Notes: generated from the letters alone by a model not told the origin. Positions 37,705-48,154 are shown, counted from the first letter of the stretch. The stretch is 64,000 nt of DNA from Gammaproteobacteria bacterium (GCA_965207705.1 OZ242292.1:1545309-1609308); one strand, 5' to 3'. Translations and numbers: made by a program.

Positions 37705-38256
37705 ATGAGAATCAATACTAAACCACTAAATAAGTACCCCAGCTATTTAAAACCTTTTTTCAAACGTCAAAAGAAAAAATACGGGGAGGTGCTTATCCCT
37801 GGCTTGCTATGGGGTCGAGTCCCTAAACTATTCATGGCAGTTGCTGTCCTATATGGAGTATTAGACCGCCGCCGTTCTCCAATTGACCCAATTCTACGCT
37901 CAATGATTACCGTTAGAGTATCACAAATTAACTGGTGTCATTTTTGTGTAGACATAAACTCCGCCACCCTTGCCAGACGTGATGGTTCTATGGCAAAAGT
38001 TGATGGATTAGAAAACTGGCGTGACGAGGACATATATGACGAGAAAGAACGTGCTGCCCTTGATTATTGTGAGGCAATGACCTACACGGATAAGCAGGTG
38101 AGTCAGGAGCACATTGACAACCTAAAACATTTTTGGGATGAAGATGGCATAGTTGAACTTACTGGGCTAATTGCTTTTCAAAACCTTTCCAGCAAGTTTA
38201 ATGCAGCTTTGGATGTAGCTCCCCAGGGATTTTGCAAAATCCCCAAGAACAAATGA
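37705..38256 (+). CDS. Carboxymuconolactone decarboxylase (AhpD-like) family protein
   Basis: WCHFC (CxxHC-like) motif, characteristic of the AhpD/CMD family. 183 aa. Confidence 0.65.
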   Translation: MRINTKPLNKYPSYLKPFFKRQKKKYGEVLIPGLLWGRVPKLFMAVAVLYGVLDRRRSPIDPILRSMITVRVSQINWCHFCVDINSATLARRDGSMAKVDGLENWRDEDIYDEKERAALDYCEAMTYTDKQVSQEHIDNLKHFWDEDGIVELTGLIAFQNLSSKFNAALDVAPQGFCKIPKNK

Positions 38257-38310
38257 ATTTTGTAAAATCCCCAAGAATAAATGAGTTTTGTAAAATCCCC
38301 AAGAGTAAAT
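38222..38310. repeat. 29-bp tandem repeat x3 (TTTTG[C/T]AAAATCCCCAAGAA[C/T]AAATGA[A/G])
   Basis: Direct reading. The first copy forms the last codons and stop of the AhpD-like gene, and each copy carries AAATGA. Confidence 0.85.
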
Positions 38311-38357
38311 GATAATCCTTGCTATAAAAGCCGCAGCAACACCATTAAAATAAACCT

Positions 38358-39695
38358 ATGAAAATTATGAATTTGGATTCCGCCGCTCAGAGCTTTAAGG
38401 AAAAATTTGCTCTACTAAAAAGTAAGGGTGTCCATCGAGATCCAGCGGTTATTGAGGCAGTGACACACATCATTAATGAGGTGCGTCAAAAAGGAGATGA
38501 CGCGCTGCTTGCGCTAACAAAGAAATATGACGGAGGCAATGCCGCGAATATTAAAGATTTAACATACAGCAAAGATGACTTCGCTGATGCTTATGAATCC
38601 TTGTTGCCAGAGAAAGCCATGTATTTGCAACAGGCAAAGGATAACATAACCTATTATCATAACTTCCAGGTTCAACATAGCTGGTATGAGCAAATAGGTC
38701 CCCAACATACTATGGGGCAAAAGATTGTGCCTTTGCAAAGGGTAGGCATTTATGTTCCTGGCGGCAGTGCCCTTTACCCTTCATCTGTATTAATGGGAGC
38801 AATTCCAGCGCGCTTAGCTGGAGTGGACGAAGTCATTGTAGTTAGCCCAGCCCAAGATGGGAAGATCTCCAAGATAGTGTTAGCCGCAGCTCATCTGGCG
38901 CAAGTTGATACTCTTTATTGCATAGGAGGAGTTCAGGCAGTGGCAGCTCTCGCTTTGGGAACAGCAAGCATTAATAAGGTGGATAAGATAGCTGGTCCTG
39001 GTAATCAATATGTTACAGAAGCAAAGCGGCAACTTTATGGAGAGGTTGGCATAGACACCTTGGCAGGTCCTTCAGAGGTGGCGATAGTGGCGGATAAGCA
39101 TGCTAAGCCCGACTGGGTTGTCTTGGATATGTTTGCCCAAGCCGAACACTCTCCAGATACACGAGTAGCGCTTTTTAGCGATAGTTCCGCTTTATTGAGC
39201 GAAGTGGAAAAAGGTATCAAAGAGGCGCTAATCACCCAGAACCGTAAGGAGAACATTGAACACTCATTACAAAATAACGGGGCGTTAGTGAAAACTGCCA
39301 ATATTGCAGAGTCCGTTGCATTGGCTGATTCTTTGGCTCCCGAGCATTTGCAACTCATGCTGCAAAAAACAGATGAATATAAAGATAGCATAAGGTTTGC
39401 CTCTGCGGTCTTTTGCGGCTATTATACCTCTGCTGTATATGGCGATTACGCGGCTGGTCCTAATCATATTTTACCAACTGGAGCTGCTGGGCGTTTCTCA
39501 TCTCCATTAGGAGTTTACGACTTTATCAAGCGCATATCTTTTCTGCAGTTAAGCCAATCTTCCGCAATGAAGTTAACTCCTATGACAGCAGAGATGGCTA
39601 AAGACGAGGGGTTATTTGCTCATGCAGCGGCAGTAAAAATTAGAGTGGAAAACCCCCAACCTCTAAAGGAGGAAAAGGAAGAAAGGGAGGAATAG
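38358..39695 (+). CDS. hisD: Histidinol dehydrogenase
   Basis: Collinear HisD motifs (GGSALYPSSVLM, IDTLAGPSE, AEHSPD, HL...GDYAAGPNHILPTGG). Confidence 0.9.
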   Translation: MKIMNLDSAAQSFKEKFALLKSKGVHRDPAVIEAVTHIINEVRQKGDDALLALTKKYDGGNAANIKDLTYSKDDFADAYESLLPEKAMYLQQAKDNITYYHNFQVQHSWYEQIGPQHTMGQKIVPLQRVGIYVPGGSALYPSSVLMGAIPARLAGVDEVIVVSPAQDGKISKIVLAAAHLAQVDTLYCIGGVQAVAALALGTASINKVDKIAGPGNQYVTEAKRQLYGEVGIDTLAGPSEVAIVADKHAKPDWVVLDMFAQAEHSPDTRVALFSDSSALLSEVEKGIKEALITQNRKENIEHSLQNNGALVKTANIAESVALADSLAPEHLQLMLQKTDEYKDSIRFASAVFCGYYTSAVYGDYAAGPNHILPTGAAGRFSSPLGVYDFIKRISFLQLSQSSAMKLTPMTAEMAKDEGLFAHAAAVKIRVENPQPLKEEKEEREE

Positions 39696-39709
39696 AATAA
39701 ACAGGAGAA

Positions 39710-40882
39710 ATGAAAGATATATCCGCCATAATTAAAAAAGTAGTCCCGCCAGAAATTCAACAAGCAAATGCTTATGTGCCAGTTCAAGCGGACAAGTCAG
39801 CGGCGCGTCTTGATGCCATGGAGAATGCTTATGGCTTTCAAGACCTGAGTCCCACTTTATTTGACCTGTGGCTTGAACGATTAAAGAACATTGAAGTCAA
39901 TCGCTATCCGCTTAGCTGGACGGATGAACTGCAAACTCGTTTGAAAGAGGAGTTTGCAATCCCTTCATCTGCCTCCTCGTCTGTATCTCCCTCTATATCC
40001 CCTTCTATATCCCCTTCTATATCCCCTTCTATATCCCCTTCTATATCATTGATGCCAGGCAATGGTTCAGATGAACTCATCCTCTTGCTTATTCTACTCT
40101 GCGGAGGGAGTAAGGCACGGGTGCTAAGCCCTTCCCCCAGCTTTAGCATGTATTCCCATTTAACTAATGTGCTTGGTGGCAAATTCATAGAGGTGGACTT
40201 ACAAGAGGATTTTTCATTAAACTTGGACTCTTTTAGTGCGGCAATTAAAGACAATGACCCCGCACTAATTTTTATTGCACAGCCAAATAATCCAACAGGT
40301 AATTTATTTGCGCCGCAAGCGATTGAAATTGCGTTGGCTAAAAGCAATGGTTTGGTTGTGGTTGACCGCGCCTATGATTTTTTCTGTAGTGGGGGCAATC
40401 TGCCGTCGCCAGATATAACCCAGCATCCTAATATGGTTGAGCTGCGCACTCTATCAAAGATTGGCATGGCAGGGCTAAGGTTTGGTTTTGCAGCGGCTCA
40501 TCCTGAGGTTATAGACCAGCTAAATAAGTTACGACTGCCTTACAACATTAATTCCTTAACCTTACAAAGCATATTATTTGCCATGGACAATATTCAATAT
40601 TTCTTGCAATGGGCTGCTGAAACGGTTGCTCAACGTGATGATTTGTATCATAAGATGGAGGAAATTAGCGCAATAGAAACCTACCCCAGCGAAACAAACT
40701 TCTTATTGTTTCGCAGCAACACGCTTGATGCCGCCACCATTAGCGAAAAACTAAAAGACAACAAAGTGCTTATAAAGAATCTTGATAAGTACCATCCTTT
40801 ATTACGTAATTGTTTACGTGTGTCCATCGGTAGCCCGCAAGATAACGAATTATTTCTTAATCAGCTTAAACGACTGTTTTAA
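39710..40882 (+). CDS. hisC: Histidinol-phosphate aminotransferase containing an in-frame (SPSIS)x5 repeat
   Basis: Class-II aminotransferase fold, with the PLP lysine context LRTLSKIGMAGLRFG. A 15-bp x5 tandem repeat encodes SPSISPSISPSISPSISPSIS. Confidence 0.85.
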   Translation: MKDISAIIKKVVPPEIQQANAYVPVQADKSAARLDAMENAYGFQDLSPTLFDLWLERLKNIEVNRYPLSWTDELQTRLKEEFAIPSSASSSVSPSISPSISPSISPSISPSISLMPGNGSDELILLLILLCGGSKARVLSPSPSFSMYSHLTNVLGGKFIEVDLQEDFSLNLDSFSAAIKDNDPALIFIAQPNNPTGNLFAPQAIEIALAKSNGLVVVDRAYDFFCSGGNLPSPDITQHPNMVELRTLSKIGMAGLRFGFAAAHPEVIDQLNKLRLPYNINSLTLQSILFAMDNIQYFLQWAAETVAQRDDLYHKMEEISAIETYPSETNFLLFRSNTLDAATISEKLKDNKVLIKNLDKYHPLLRNCLRVSIGSPQDNELFLNQLKRLF

Positions 40883-41007
40883 AATACGCTTTGGGCGGCG
40901 GTAAAAGCCCGAATAACTCCAAATAACTCCAAATACTTACCGATGCTTAATTACTTGGATTATGATGTATAATAATTCAATATTTACTAAACTTAGGATT
41001 ATTTATT

Positions 41008-43500
41008 ATGCAAAAAGTTTTTACCGCAATTTTTATGATGACTGCCCTTGTAGTTTTCCTCAGTGCCTGCGGTGGCGGAGGTAACACGCCAGTAGCCACT
41101 CAAGTAGGCGGACCTAAGCCCCCACCCGATGGAATTAGCGTACTAAATTTACGAATTATCCCCGATACCACCAACGCTACTCTTATATGGGATAATCCTG
41201 ATGCGGATATAGCTAATATTAGTATAAGCTACAAAAACAGCACTGCTGTTAACTTTGAAGCTCCCATAATAATAGATGATGACAGAATAGCCGCCAACGC
41301 AACAGACGTGAAGGGTATAATACTTGTTGATTCATTAATATCTAACGAAACTTATACCTTTAGTGTCGCCTTGGAGTTGAAAGGAGTCGATGAGAATGCC
41401 ACTACCTCTGCGATGCAGATTACTCGCCTAATTGGTCCCAACCTTGACCAAGATGAATATGCGGATGACGATCCTCTTGAGCTTGATGAAGATGGGGATG
41501 GTGTAGATGACGAAAGGGATGTATTCCCTCGTAATGCCACTTTGTATGGCTTTGCAGTAACAGAATTATCCGCGACTCCTGGCGCTGGCGAGGTCACCCT
41601 TAGCTGGAATAATCCCGATGCGGAAATAGCTAGCATTAATATAAGCTACCACAACACAAACACCCCTAATGCTTTACAATACTTCCCTCTTATAACAGAC
41701 AGCACTAAAATAGGCAATAATACAGAAAATATCCAACAAGTCATAGACGGCTTAACCAACGGAGTATCCTATAACTTCACTGTTGCTTTGACATTAATTG
41801 GCGATGATGCTAATAAGAAAGTCATGGCGGCGTTCATCACCGCAACTCCTGGGATCTTTTCAGTAACAGATTTAACAGCGACTCCTGGCGACAGCAGCGT
41901 CACTCTTAGCTGGAATAATCCTGATGCAAATATATCCAGCATTAATATAAGCTACTACAATATAAACACCCCTGGTACTTTAGAGGGAGACATTTTAATA
42001 ACAGACGACACTTACACAGGCATGAATACGAATGTGGAACAAATGATAACGAGCAGCTTAACCCCCAATGAATCCTATAACTTCACTGTTGCTTTGATAT
42101 TAGGCGGCGATGATGCTGGTCGGGAAGGGCCTGCTCCATTTATTACTGTAGGTATTGGTCTTAATGATGATGGCGATAGCATAGCTAATTTTCTGGATGT
42201 AGATGATAATGGCAATGGACTAATAGAGATACATAATGCAGAGGAATTAAACCAGGTGCGGGCAGACCTTAATGGTGTATCTTTCGCTGGTGATGCCCGT
42301 GGTTGTGGCGGCCAGAGCGGCATCACCACATGCAACGGCTATGAGCTTACGCAGAATATGTCCCTTGACGGTTATGCCGACTGGGAGCCAATTGGCAGCT
42401 GCTCTACTGGCAGTACTAGGGTTTGCAATAATATAAATGGATTCTTCAATACAACTTTTGACGGCAATGGTTGGACAATCAATAATCTTACTATAATAAA
42501 CTCTGAAGCCAAGCCGACTGGACTATTTGGTGGAATCACCTCTACTGCCGTCCTGCGTAATGTTCATATCCGTTCTGGCAACATTAGCGGCGGCAATAAC
42601 GTGGGGCTGTTGGTTGGTTATGCACGTGGAGCAAGCATTAGCAATAGTTCCGCAGCAGGAGAGGTTACGGCTTCTGGTTTTTATGTCGGCGGTCTGGTTG
42701 GTTATGGGGAGAGTGCCACCATCACTTCGTCTTATGTGATGGATATTACTATCGTCAGTGGAGGGGAGCGTGTCGGCGGTCTAGTTGGTAATGGAGAGAG
42801 TGCCACCATCACTTCGTCTTATGTGGTGGATATTACTATCCTCAGCACTCGGAATTTTGTTGGCGGTCTGGTTGGCTTTGGGCTGGGTGTCACCATCACT
42901 TCGTCTTATGCAGCTGGTGGTTCTGTCATCGGGGGTATTTTTGTTGGCGGCCTGGCTGGTCAGGCGAGTGGCAGTGCCGTGGTCACTTTGTCTTATGTGG
43001 AGGACTCTCATGTCAACGCGACGAGTAATGTCGGCGGTTTGGTTGGCTATGGGGATGAATTAGAGATCACTTCGTCTTATGTGGGAGCTGATGTTGTCAT
43101 CAATTCCACTGGTAATAATATCGGCGGTTTGATTGGTACTGCTAATAATAATGTTGTGATCACATCATCTTATGCTGCTGCAGAGTATGTTAAAGAGGGC
43201 GATAATGTCGGCGGTCTAGTTGGTCATGCCACTGCTACAACTATTAACGACTCTTATTGGGATAACCAGACCAGCGGTAGTTATGTAACACTAACAATAG
43301 GTAATCGTGATTCAGATGACACCAACGCAGGCAGAAGGACTGAGGACTTGAAGATGCCAGATACATTTACTGGAAGTATTTATGCAGATTGGGAGGGAGA
43401 GATGTGCGATAATGGTTCTCGTGCTTGGGACTTAGGCACTGCTTCCCAATACCCCGCCCTTACCTGCACTCCCAACGGTTTACCCGCCCAGCGTCCATAA
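41008..43500 (+). CDS. Large surface lipoprotein with three FN3-like repeats and a C-terminal array of GLUG-motif repeats
   Basis: Lipobox LSAC. LSATPG..VTLSWNNPDA.I.SINISY appears three times. About ten ..VGGLVGY..TITSSY repeats fit the GLUG motif. Confidence 0.65.
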   Translation: MQKVFTAIFMMTALVVFLSACGGGGNTPVATQVGGPKPPPDGISVLNLRIIPDTTNATLIWDNPDADIANISISYKNSTAVNFEAPIIIDDDRIAANATDVKGIILVDSLISNETYTFSVALELKGVDENATTSAMQITRLIGPNLDQDEYADDDPLELDEDGDGVDDERDVFPRNATLYGFAVTELSATPGAGEVTLSWNNPDAEIASINISYHNTNTPNALQYFPLITDSTKIGNNTENIQQVIDGLTNGVSYNFTVALTLIGDDANKKVMAAFITATPGIFSVTDLTATPGDSSVTLSWNNPDANISSINISYYNINTPGTLEGDILITDDTYTGMNTNVEQMITSSLTPNESYNFTVALILGGDDAGREGPAPFITVGIGLNDDGDSIANFLDVDDNGNGLIEIHNAEELNQVRADLNGVSFAGDARGCGGQSGITTCNGYELTQNMSLDGYADWEPIGSCSTGSTRVCNNINGFFNTTFDGNGWTINNLTIINSEAKPTGLFGGITSTAVLRNVHIRSGNISGGNNVGLLVGYARGASISNSSAAGEVTASGFYVGGLVGYGESATITSSYVMDITIVSGGERVGGLVGNGESATITSSYVVDITILSTRNFVGGLVGFGLGVTITSSYAAGGSVIGGIFVGGLAGQASGSAVVTLSYVEDSHVNATSNVGGLVGYGDELEITSSYVGADVVINSTGNNIGGLIGTANNNVVITSSYAAAEYVKEGDNVGGLVGHATATTINDSYWDNQTSGSYVTLTIGNRDSDDTNAGRRTEDLKMPDTFTGSIYADWEGEMCDNGSRAWDLGTASQYPALTCTPNGLPAQRP

Positions 43501-43519
43501 ACGGCACATAAATAAAAAT

Positions 43520-43616
43520 TGCCACGAATTAACAACGCAGGTCTGTAGGGGCAGAGCCATGCTCTGCCCGCAATATGCTCAAAACTTGCGACGCACTATC
43601 GGCATGCTTGCAACGC
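43520..43616 (+). repeat. REP-like element (single unit, CCAT-centre variant)
   Basis: AACGCAGGTCTGTAGGGGCAGAGCCATGCTCTGCCCGCAATATGCTCAAAACTTGCGACGCACTATCGGCATGCTTGCAACG. Confidence 0.8.
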
Positions 43617-43692
43617 TAACATAACGGTATAATTCCTACACCAAACAACATTAAATTTAAGTTAGTTATTCTATCCTGTAAAATAACTAATA

Positions 43693-44523
43693 ATGTTTAA
43701 TAACGACAAAGTTCGCCAACGGTTGGCAGAAGGCGCTGAGATTCTTAATGTTCCCCTTACAGCTCAAATGGCGGATAAATTATGTTCTTACTTGGAGCTG
43801 TTGGGTCGTTGGAGCGATTTATTTAATCTAACCGCCATTCCACGCTATCAGTGGGTGGAGAAGCATATTCTTGACTCATTTAGCGCCTTTCCATTCCTGC
43901 CATTTCTGCCGACTGATGCCGAACCTGCTTCTTCAGCTCACGGCGAGAATATCTTAATTGCAGATATAGGTAGCGGCGCTGGTCTTCCAGGTATCCCTCT
44001 TGCCATAGTTGCGCCAAATACGCATTGGTTGTTGTTGGAAAAAACTGGTAAGAAAGCAGGTTTTTTGATGCGGGTTGCTTTAGAACTTGATTTACAAAAT
44101 GTGGATGTCGTCAATCTTTCCGCCGAACAATATATCAAAAGTAATCAAGCGGGGCTAAAAAGCCAGGCAGGGCATGGCAGCCATCCAGGACTAAACAACC
44201 AAGCAGGGCAAAACAACCAAGCGGGGCTAAAAGGCCAGGCAGGGCAAAATAGCCCAGATAAACAGCAACCTCCCCTTATGAACGCCGTCATTGCCCGCGC
44301 TCTTGGAGATGATACTAAACTCTGCGCCCTTGCTTATCCACTATTGCAAAAAGGCGGCATTGTAATTGCCATGCGAGGACGTCATAAGCAAGAAGAAGCG
44401 CATACCTTGACGTCAGATTCCAACTTACCCCACAATAAACTTTGGGATTTAATCACCGTGCAAAAGACGCGTATTCCGTTTATGCCAGATAATCGTAATA
44501 TAATAGTATGGAAGAAGAAATAA
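43693..44523 (+). CDS. rsmG: 16S rRNA (guanine527-N7)-methyltransferase with an in-frame QAG-rich repeat insertion
   Basis: GidB motifs (LNLTAI, DIGSGAGLPGIPLAI) and the gidB-parA-parB order. Insertion: QAGLKSQAGHGSHPGLNNQAGQNNQAGLKGQAGQN. Confidence 0.85.
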   Translation: MFNNDKVRQRLAEGAEILNVPLTAQMADKLCSYLELLGRWSDLFNLTAIPRYQWVEKHILDSFSAFPFLPFLPTDAEPASSAHGENILIADIGSGAGLPGIPLAIVAPNTHWLLLEKTGKKAGFLMRVALELDLQNVDVVNLSAEQYIKSNQAGLKSQAGHGSHPGLNNQAGQNNQAGLKGQAGQNSPDKQQPPLMNAVIARALGDDTKLCALAYPLLQKGGIVIAMRGRHKQEEAHTLTSDSNLPHNKLWDLITVQKTRIPFMPDNRNIIVWKKK

Positions 44524-44540
44524 CCGTATTTGTTTTGTAA

Positions 44541-45386
44541 ATGATTGAACCTAAAAAATCCGCAGTTAAAGAGCCCGCAGTTAAAGAAACTAAAGCCCCT
44601 GCAAAGAAAAAAGCATCGGCTTATGTGATAGCTATTGCTAACCAAAAAGGAGGTGTTGCCAAGACCACAACTTGCATCAACCTCAGTGCTGGACTTGTTG
44701 CCGCTAAACGCAGAGTGTTAGTAGTGGATATAGACCCGCAAGGCAATACTACGATGGGCAGCGGACTTGAACCGCCAGATATCTCTCCCACTATATATGA
44801 GGTGTTGATGGGTAAAAAGACAGCCGAAGAAACCATTATTAAACAAACCCAAGCCCTGTATGATTTATTGCCAGCTAATCGCGACCTAACCGCCGCAGAA
44901 GTGATGTTTCAGAAAATTAAAGACAAGCAATATTTTCTTAGGAACGCCCTTGCCCCGCTTATGAAGCAATACGACTACATATTCATTGATTGCCCGCCAG
45001 CTCTTAATGTGTTAACCATCAATGCCATGGCAGTAGCAGATGGATTATTAGTGCCTATTCAGTGCGAATACTTTGCCCTGCGCGGACTGGCAGATTTAAA
45101 TCGCACAGTAGAAGGCATCAATAGCACTATAAACCCCAAGTTAAAAATTGAAGGTATCGTAAGAACGATGTTTGATAAACGTAATCGCTTGGCAAACGAA
45201 GTATCCAATCAACTATTGGAAGTATTTGGAGACAAGGTTTATAACGTAATAATTCCCCGCAATGTCCGTTTGGCTGAGGCGCCAGGTTACGGACTTCCCA
45301 TAGTAAGTTATGATAAAAATTCCAGCGGTTCAGTAACCTATTTAGCTCTTGCTGGAGAGTTTATCCGCAGGCATGAAGATGAATAA
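44541..45386 (+). CDS. parA: Chromosome partitioning ATPase ParA
   Basis: Deviant Walker A motif NQKGGVAKTTT and the ParA/Soj family. Confidence 0.9.
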   Translation: MIEPKKSAVKEPAVKETKAPAKKKASAYVIAIANQKGGVAKTTTCINLSAGLVAAKRRVLVVDIDPQGNTTMGSGLEPPDISPTIYEVLMGKKTAEETIIKQTQALYDLLPANRDLTAAEVMFQKIKDKQYFLRNALAPLMKQYDYIFIDCPPALNVLTINAMAVADGLLVPIQCEYFALRGLADLNRTVEGINSTINPKLKIEGIVRTMFDKRNRLANEVSNQLLEVFGDKVYNVIIPRNVRLAEAPGYGLPIVSYDKNSSGSVTYLALAGEFIRRHEDE

Positions 45387-45401
45387 ACTTCAGTGTAGCA
45401 A

Positions 45402-46283
45402 ATGAATAAAAGGAAAGCTCTCGGTAAAGACCTTGCTGCCTTATTAGGCAGCGATATTCCTGATAATGAAATGGTTATGGAAGGGGAGAATATAACCCAA
45501 ATTCCATTGGATAAAATTGTCCCCAACAGATCACAACCACGCCGCACCTTTGATAGCGAGACAATTCAGGAACTGGCGAAATCCATTAAAGAACGGGGAT
45601 TAATCCAGCCAATATTAGTTCGCCCTAAAAGCGGTACAGTGGATGAATATGAAATAATTGCTGGCGAAAGAAGATGGCGCGCTGCGGGTAAGGCGCTAAT
45701 GGCAACCATTCCATCTTTAGTTAAAGAAATCACAGATGAGGATTCTTCAATTCTTGCTTTAATAGAAAATATTCAACGCGAAGAACTTAATGCTTATGAA
45801 CAGGCGCAGGGAATGGAGGAATTGAGAATTAAGCATAATTATACTCAGCAGCAGTTAGGAGATATTTTGGGAATGCCGCGCGCCAGTGTGGCTAACCTGC
45901 TGCGTTTGTTAAAACTTGAGGATGGTGTGAAACAGATATTATTAGAAGGCAAGCTGGATATGGGGCACGCCAAAGTCCTGTTAGTTCTTGAAGGCAGAGA
46001 GCAGGTAAGGGCAGCAGAGGAAGCAGCCGCTGCCGACTTTAGTGTTAGGCAAACCGAACAGCTGACACATAAAATGTTGAATAAACGTAGCAAAAGAAAG
46101 GTTATAGTAGCCGACCCTAACATCATAGATTTACAAGATGAACTAAGCGATAAGCTTGGCGTTAAAGTGGTATTCAGCCATAAGAAAGGAGGGACGGGAA
46201 AGATGATAGTTCATTATCATTCTGTGGATGAGTTGGAGGGGGTATTGAGAATTCTCAAGTTACGTAAAACTCCACGCGCCTAA
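45402..46283 (+). CDS. parB: Chromosome partitioning protein ParB
   Basis: ParB box GERRWRA and HTH; downstream of parA. Confidence 0.9.
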   Translation: MNKRKALGKDLAALLGSDIPDNEMVMEGENITQIPLDKIVPNRSQPRRTFDSETIQELAKSIKERGLIQPILVRPKSGTVDEYEIIAGERRWRAAGKALMATIPSLVKEITDEDSSILALIENIQREELNAYEQAQGMEELRIKHNYTQQQLGDILGMPRASVANLLRLLKLEDGVKQILLEGKLDMGHAKVLLVLEGREQVRAAEEAAAADFSVRQTEQLTHKMLNKRSKRKVIVADPNIIDLQDELSDKLGVKVVFSHKKGGTGKMIVHYHSVDELEGVLRILKLRKTPRA

Positions 46284-46298
46284 AACTTCTGCTAGATT

Positions 46299-47714
46299 AT
46301 GCGGATTCATTTTTTAGGCATCTGCGGCACCTTTATGGCGGGAATATCTTTGATAGCCCGCGAACTGGGACATCAAGTCAGCGGAATGGACCAGAATGTA
46401 TACCCGCCTATGAGCGATGTTCTGGCAAAACAAGGCATAAACATAATCAATGGTTATGAGATTACGGATTTGCCATCAGCCGATATATATGTAGTAGGCA
46501 ATGTGATGCGCCGTGGCATGCCAGTTGTTGAACACCTGCTTAATAATAAATTAAAGTATATATCAGCTCCTCAGTGGTTGGCGGAGAATGTCCTTGCCGA
46601 ACGCAAGGTTATAGCAATTGCAGGCACTCACGGCAAAACCACCACCACATCTTTATTAACTAAAATGTTTGTCCAAGAGGGCATAGATGTTGGTTATATG
46701 ATTGCTGGTGACGCTGTGGACTTTCCAACGCCAGCACGCTTGGGGACTGCTAAAGAGTTTATCTTAGAAGCAGATGAATATGATAGCGCTTTCTTTGACA
46801 AGAGGTCCAAGTTCATCCATTACCGCCCAGATATTTTGCTTATCAATAATCTGGAGTATGACCATGCCGATATATTCCCAGACCTTGCCGCAATAGAAAA
46901 ACAGTTCTGCCATCTATTACGCACTGTGCCATCTAATGGGCATGTTGTCTATCCTGCCGCTAACCCCGCAATCCAAAGATGTTTGGCGCAAGAGAAGCAT
47001 TCACATTTACACGAGATGATGGGAATTGCGCAAGAAGGTGGCGACTTGGCTGGGGACACTGGAAACACTGAGAACACTATGGACAAAGACGAGCAGTTAC
47101 AGCAAGGGGCTCAACATGTCAACTCTCGCTGGCAAGCGACTAAACAGCAAGGAACAATTAATATTGTCTCAGGCGGCAAGGATAAGCAGGAGTTCTCAAT
47201 ATCCTGGAATCAAGCAGGCGACCATAATGCCCTTAACTTATTATCCACAACTGCGTTAGCTTATATAAGTGGGTTATCCCCTGCAAGCATAGTTGATGGA
47301 GCCCAGAGTTTCAAAGGAGTGGCGAGAAGGTTGCAGTCATTAGGGCGAGTTAATGGCGCTGAAGTTATTAGCGACTTCGCCCATCATCCCACAGCCATTA
47401 AGGCAGCAATTGCGGCGCTGGCGGAAACTAACCAGCAGATTATTGCCGTAGTGGATTTGGCTGCCAATAGCATTCGCTTAGGCATCCATAAAGAAAACGT
47501 AGCAGCGGCAGTTGCGGACGCAGACAAAGTTTTTTGGTTTGCCAACAAACCTTTGCAATGGGACGATGATATGCTGCGTCAATATGGACGTATATATGAT
47601 AACTCTGATGAGTTAGCAAAAGAATTACGCGCTTTGGCGCACCCCGATAATGTGATTCTGCTAATGTCCAACTCCTCCTTTGGCGGATTAGCCAACAAAT
47701 TACTGGATATATAA
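46299..47714 (+). CDS. mpl: UDP-N-acetylmuramate:L-alanyl-gamma-D-glutamyl-meso-diaminopimelate ligase
   Basis: MRIHFLGICGTFMAGIS N-terminus, GTHGKTTTT and the Mur ligase domains. Small G/D/T-rich insertion. Confidence 0.85.
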   Translation: MRIHFLGICGTFMAGISLIARELGHQVSGMDQNVYPPMSDVLAKQGINIINGYEITDLPSADIYVVGNVMRRGMPVVEHLLNNKLKYISAPQWLAENVLAERKVIAIAGTHGKTTTTSLLTKMFVQEGIDVGYMIAGDAVDFPTPARLGTAKEFILEADEYDSAFFDKRSKFIHYRPDILLINNLEYDHADIFPDLAAIEKQFCHLLRTVPSNGHVVYPAANPAIQRCLAQEKHSHLHEMMGIAQEGGDLAGDTGNTENTMDKDEQLQQGAQHVNSRWQATKQQGTINIVSGGKDKQEFSISWNQAGDHNALNLLSTTALAYISGLSPASIVDGAQSFKGVARRLQSLGRVNGAEVISDFAHHPTAIKAAIAALAETNQQIIAVVDLAANSIRLGIHKENVAAAVADADKVFWFANKPLQWDDDMLRQYGRIYDNSDELAKELRALAHPDNVILLMSNSSFGGLANKLLDI

Positions 47715-47761
47715 TCCTATTTTTTTATGTATATTACTAAATATTTGTTATAATTAACCTC

Positions 47762-48154
47762 ATGAAAGCAAATCATAACTCATCTCGTCCAGTTTATCTG
47801 AACCTGTTTGCTTTTAAGTTCCCTATTACCGCAATTCTCTCAATTATTCATCGTATTACAGGCGTATTGTTATTCTTTGGTTTAGTGCCAATTATTCTGT
47901 TGTGGCATACTTCCTTGCAAAATGAAGCGGGATTCGCTTTAGCGCAGGAGCTATCTGCTGTTATATTCATTCGTCTATTCTTATGGGCTTATGCTTGCGT
48001 CCTGTTTTATCATGTATTGGCAGGCATCAAGCATCTTTTTATGGATTTGGGCTGGGGTGACTCCCTCGAAACCGCATCAATATTATCTTGGGGAATAATG
48101 TTAATAAGCATACTATTTGCTGCCTTGCTTGTGTACTTAATGTTTTTTGTATGA
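47762..48154 (+). CDS. sdhC: Succinate dehydrogenase cytochrome b556 subunit
   Basis: Three TM helices with the heme-ligand H in SIIHRITG. First gene of the sdhCDAB cluster. Confidence 0.8.
   Translation: MKANHNSSRPVYLNLFAFKFPITAILSIIHRITGVLLFFGLVPIILLWHTSLQNEAGFALAQELSAVIFIRLFLWAYACVLFYHVLAGIKHLFMDLGWGDSLETASILSWGIMLISILFAALLVYLMFFV

Noticed and set aside
47243-47251. Perfect DnaA-box-like nonamer TTATCCACA (and a GTATCCACA at about 62869), which might mark oriC given the nearby rsmG-parAB genes
   Set aside because: These are single isolated boxes. One is inside the mpl coding sequence. There is no cluster of boxes or AT-rich unwinding element. gidA and dnaA are not in the window.
48088-48150. 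ORF-track start of sdhD at 48088
   Set aside because: It would overlap sdhC by 67 nt in another frame. The ATGA-coupled start at 48151 gives a canonical 113-aa SdhD.
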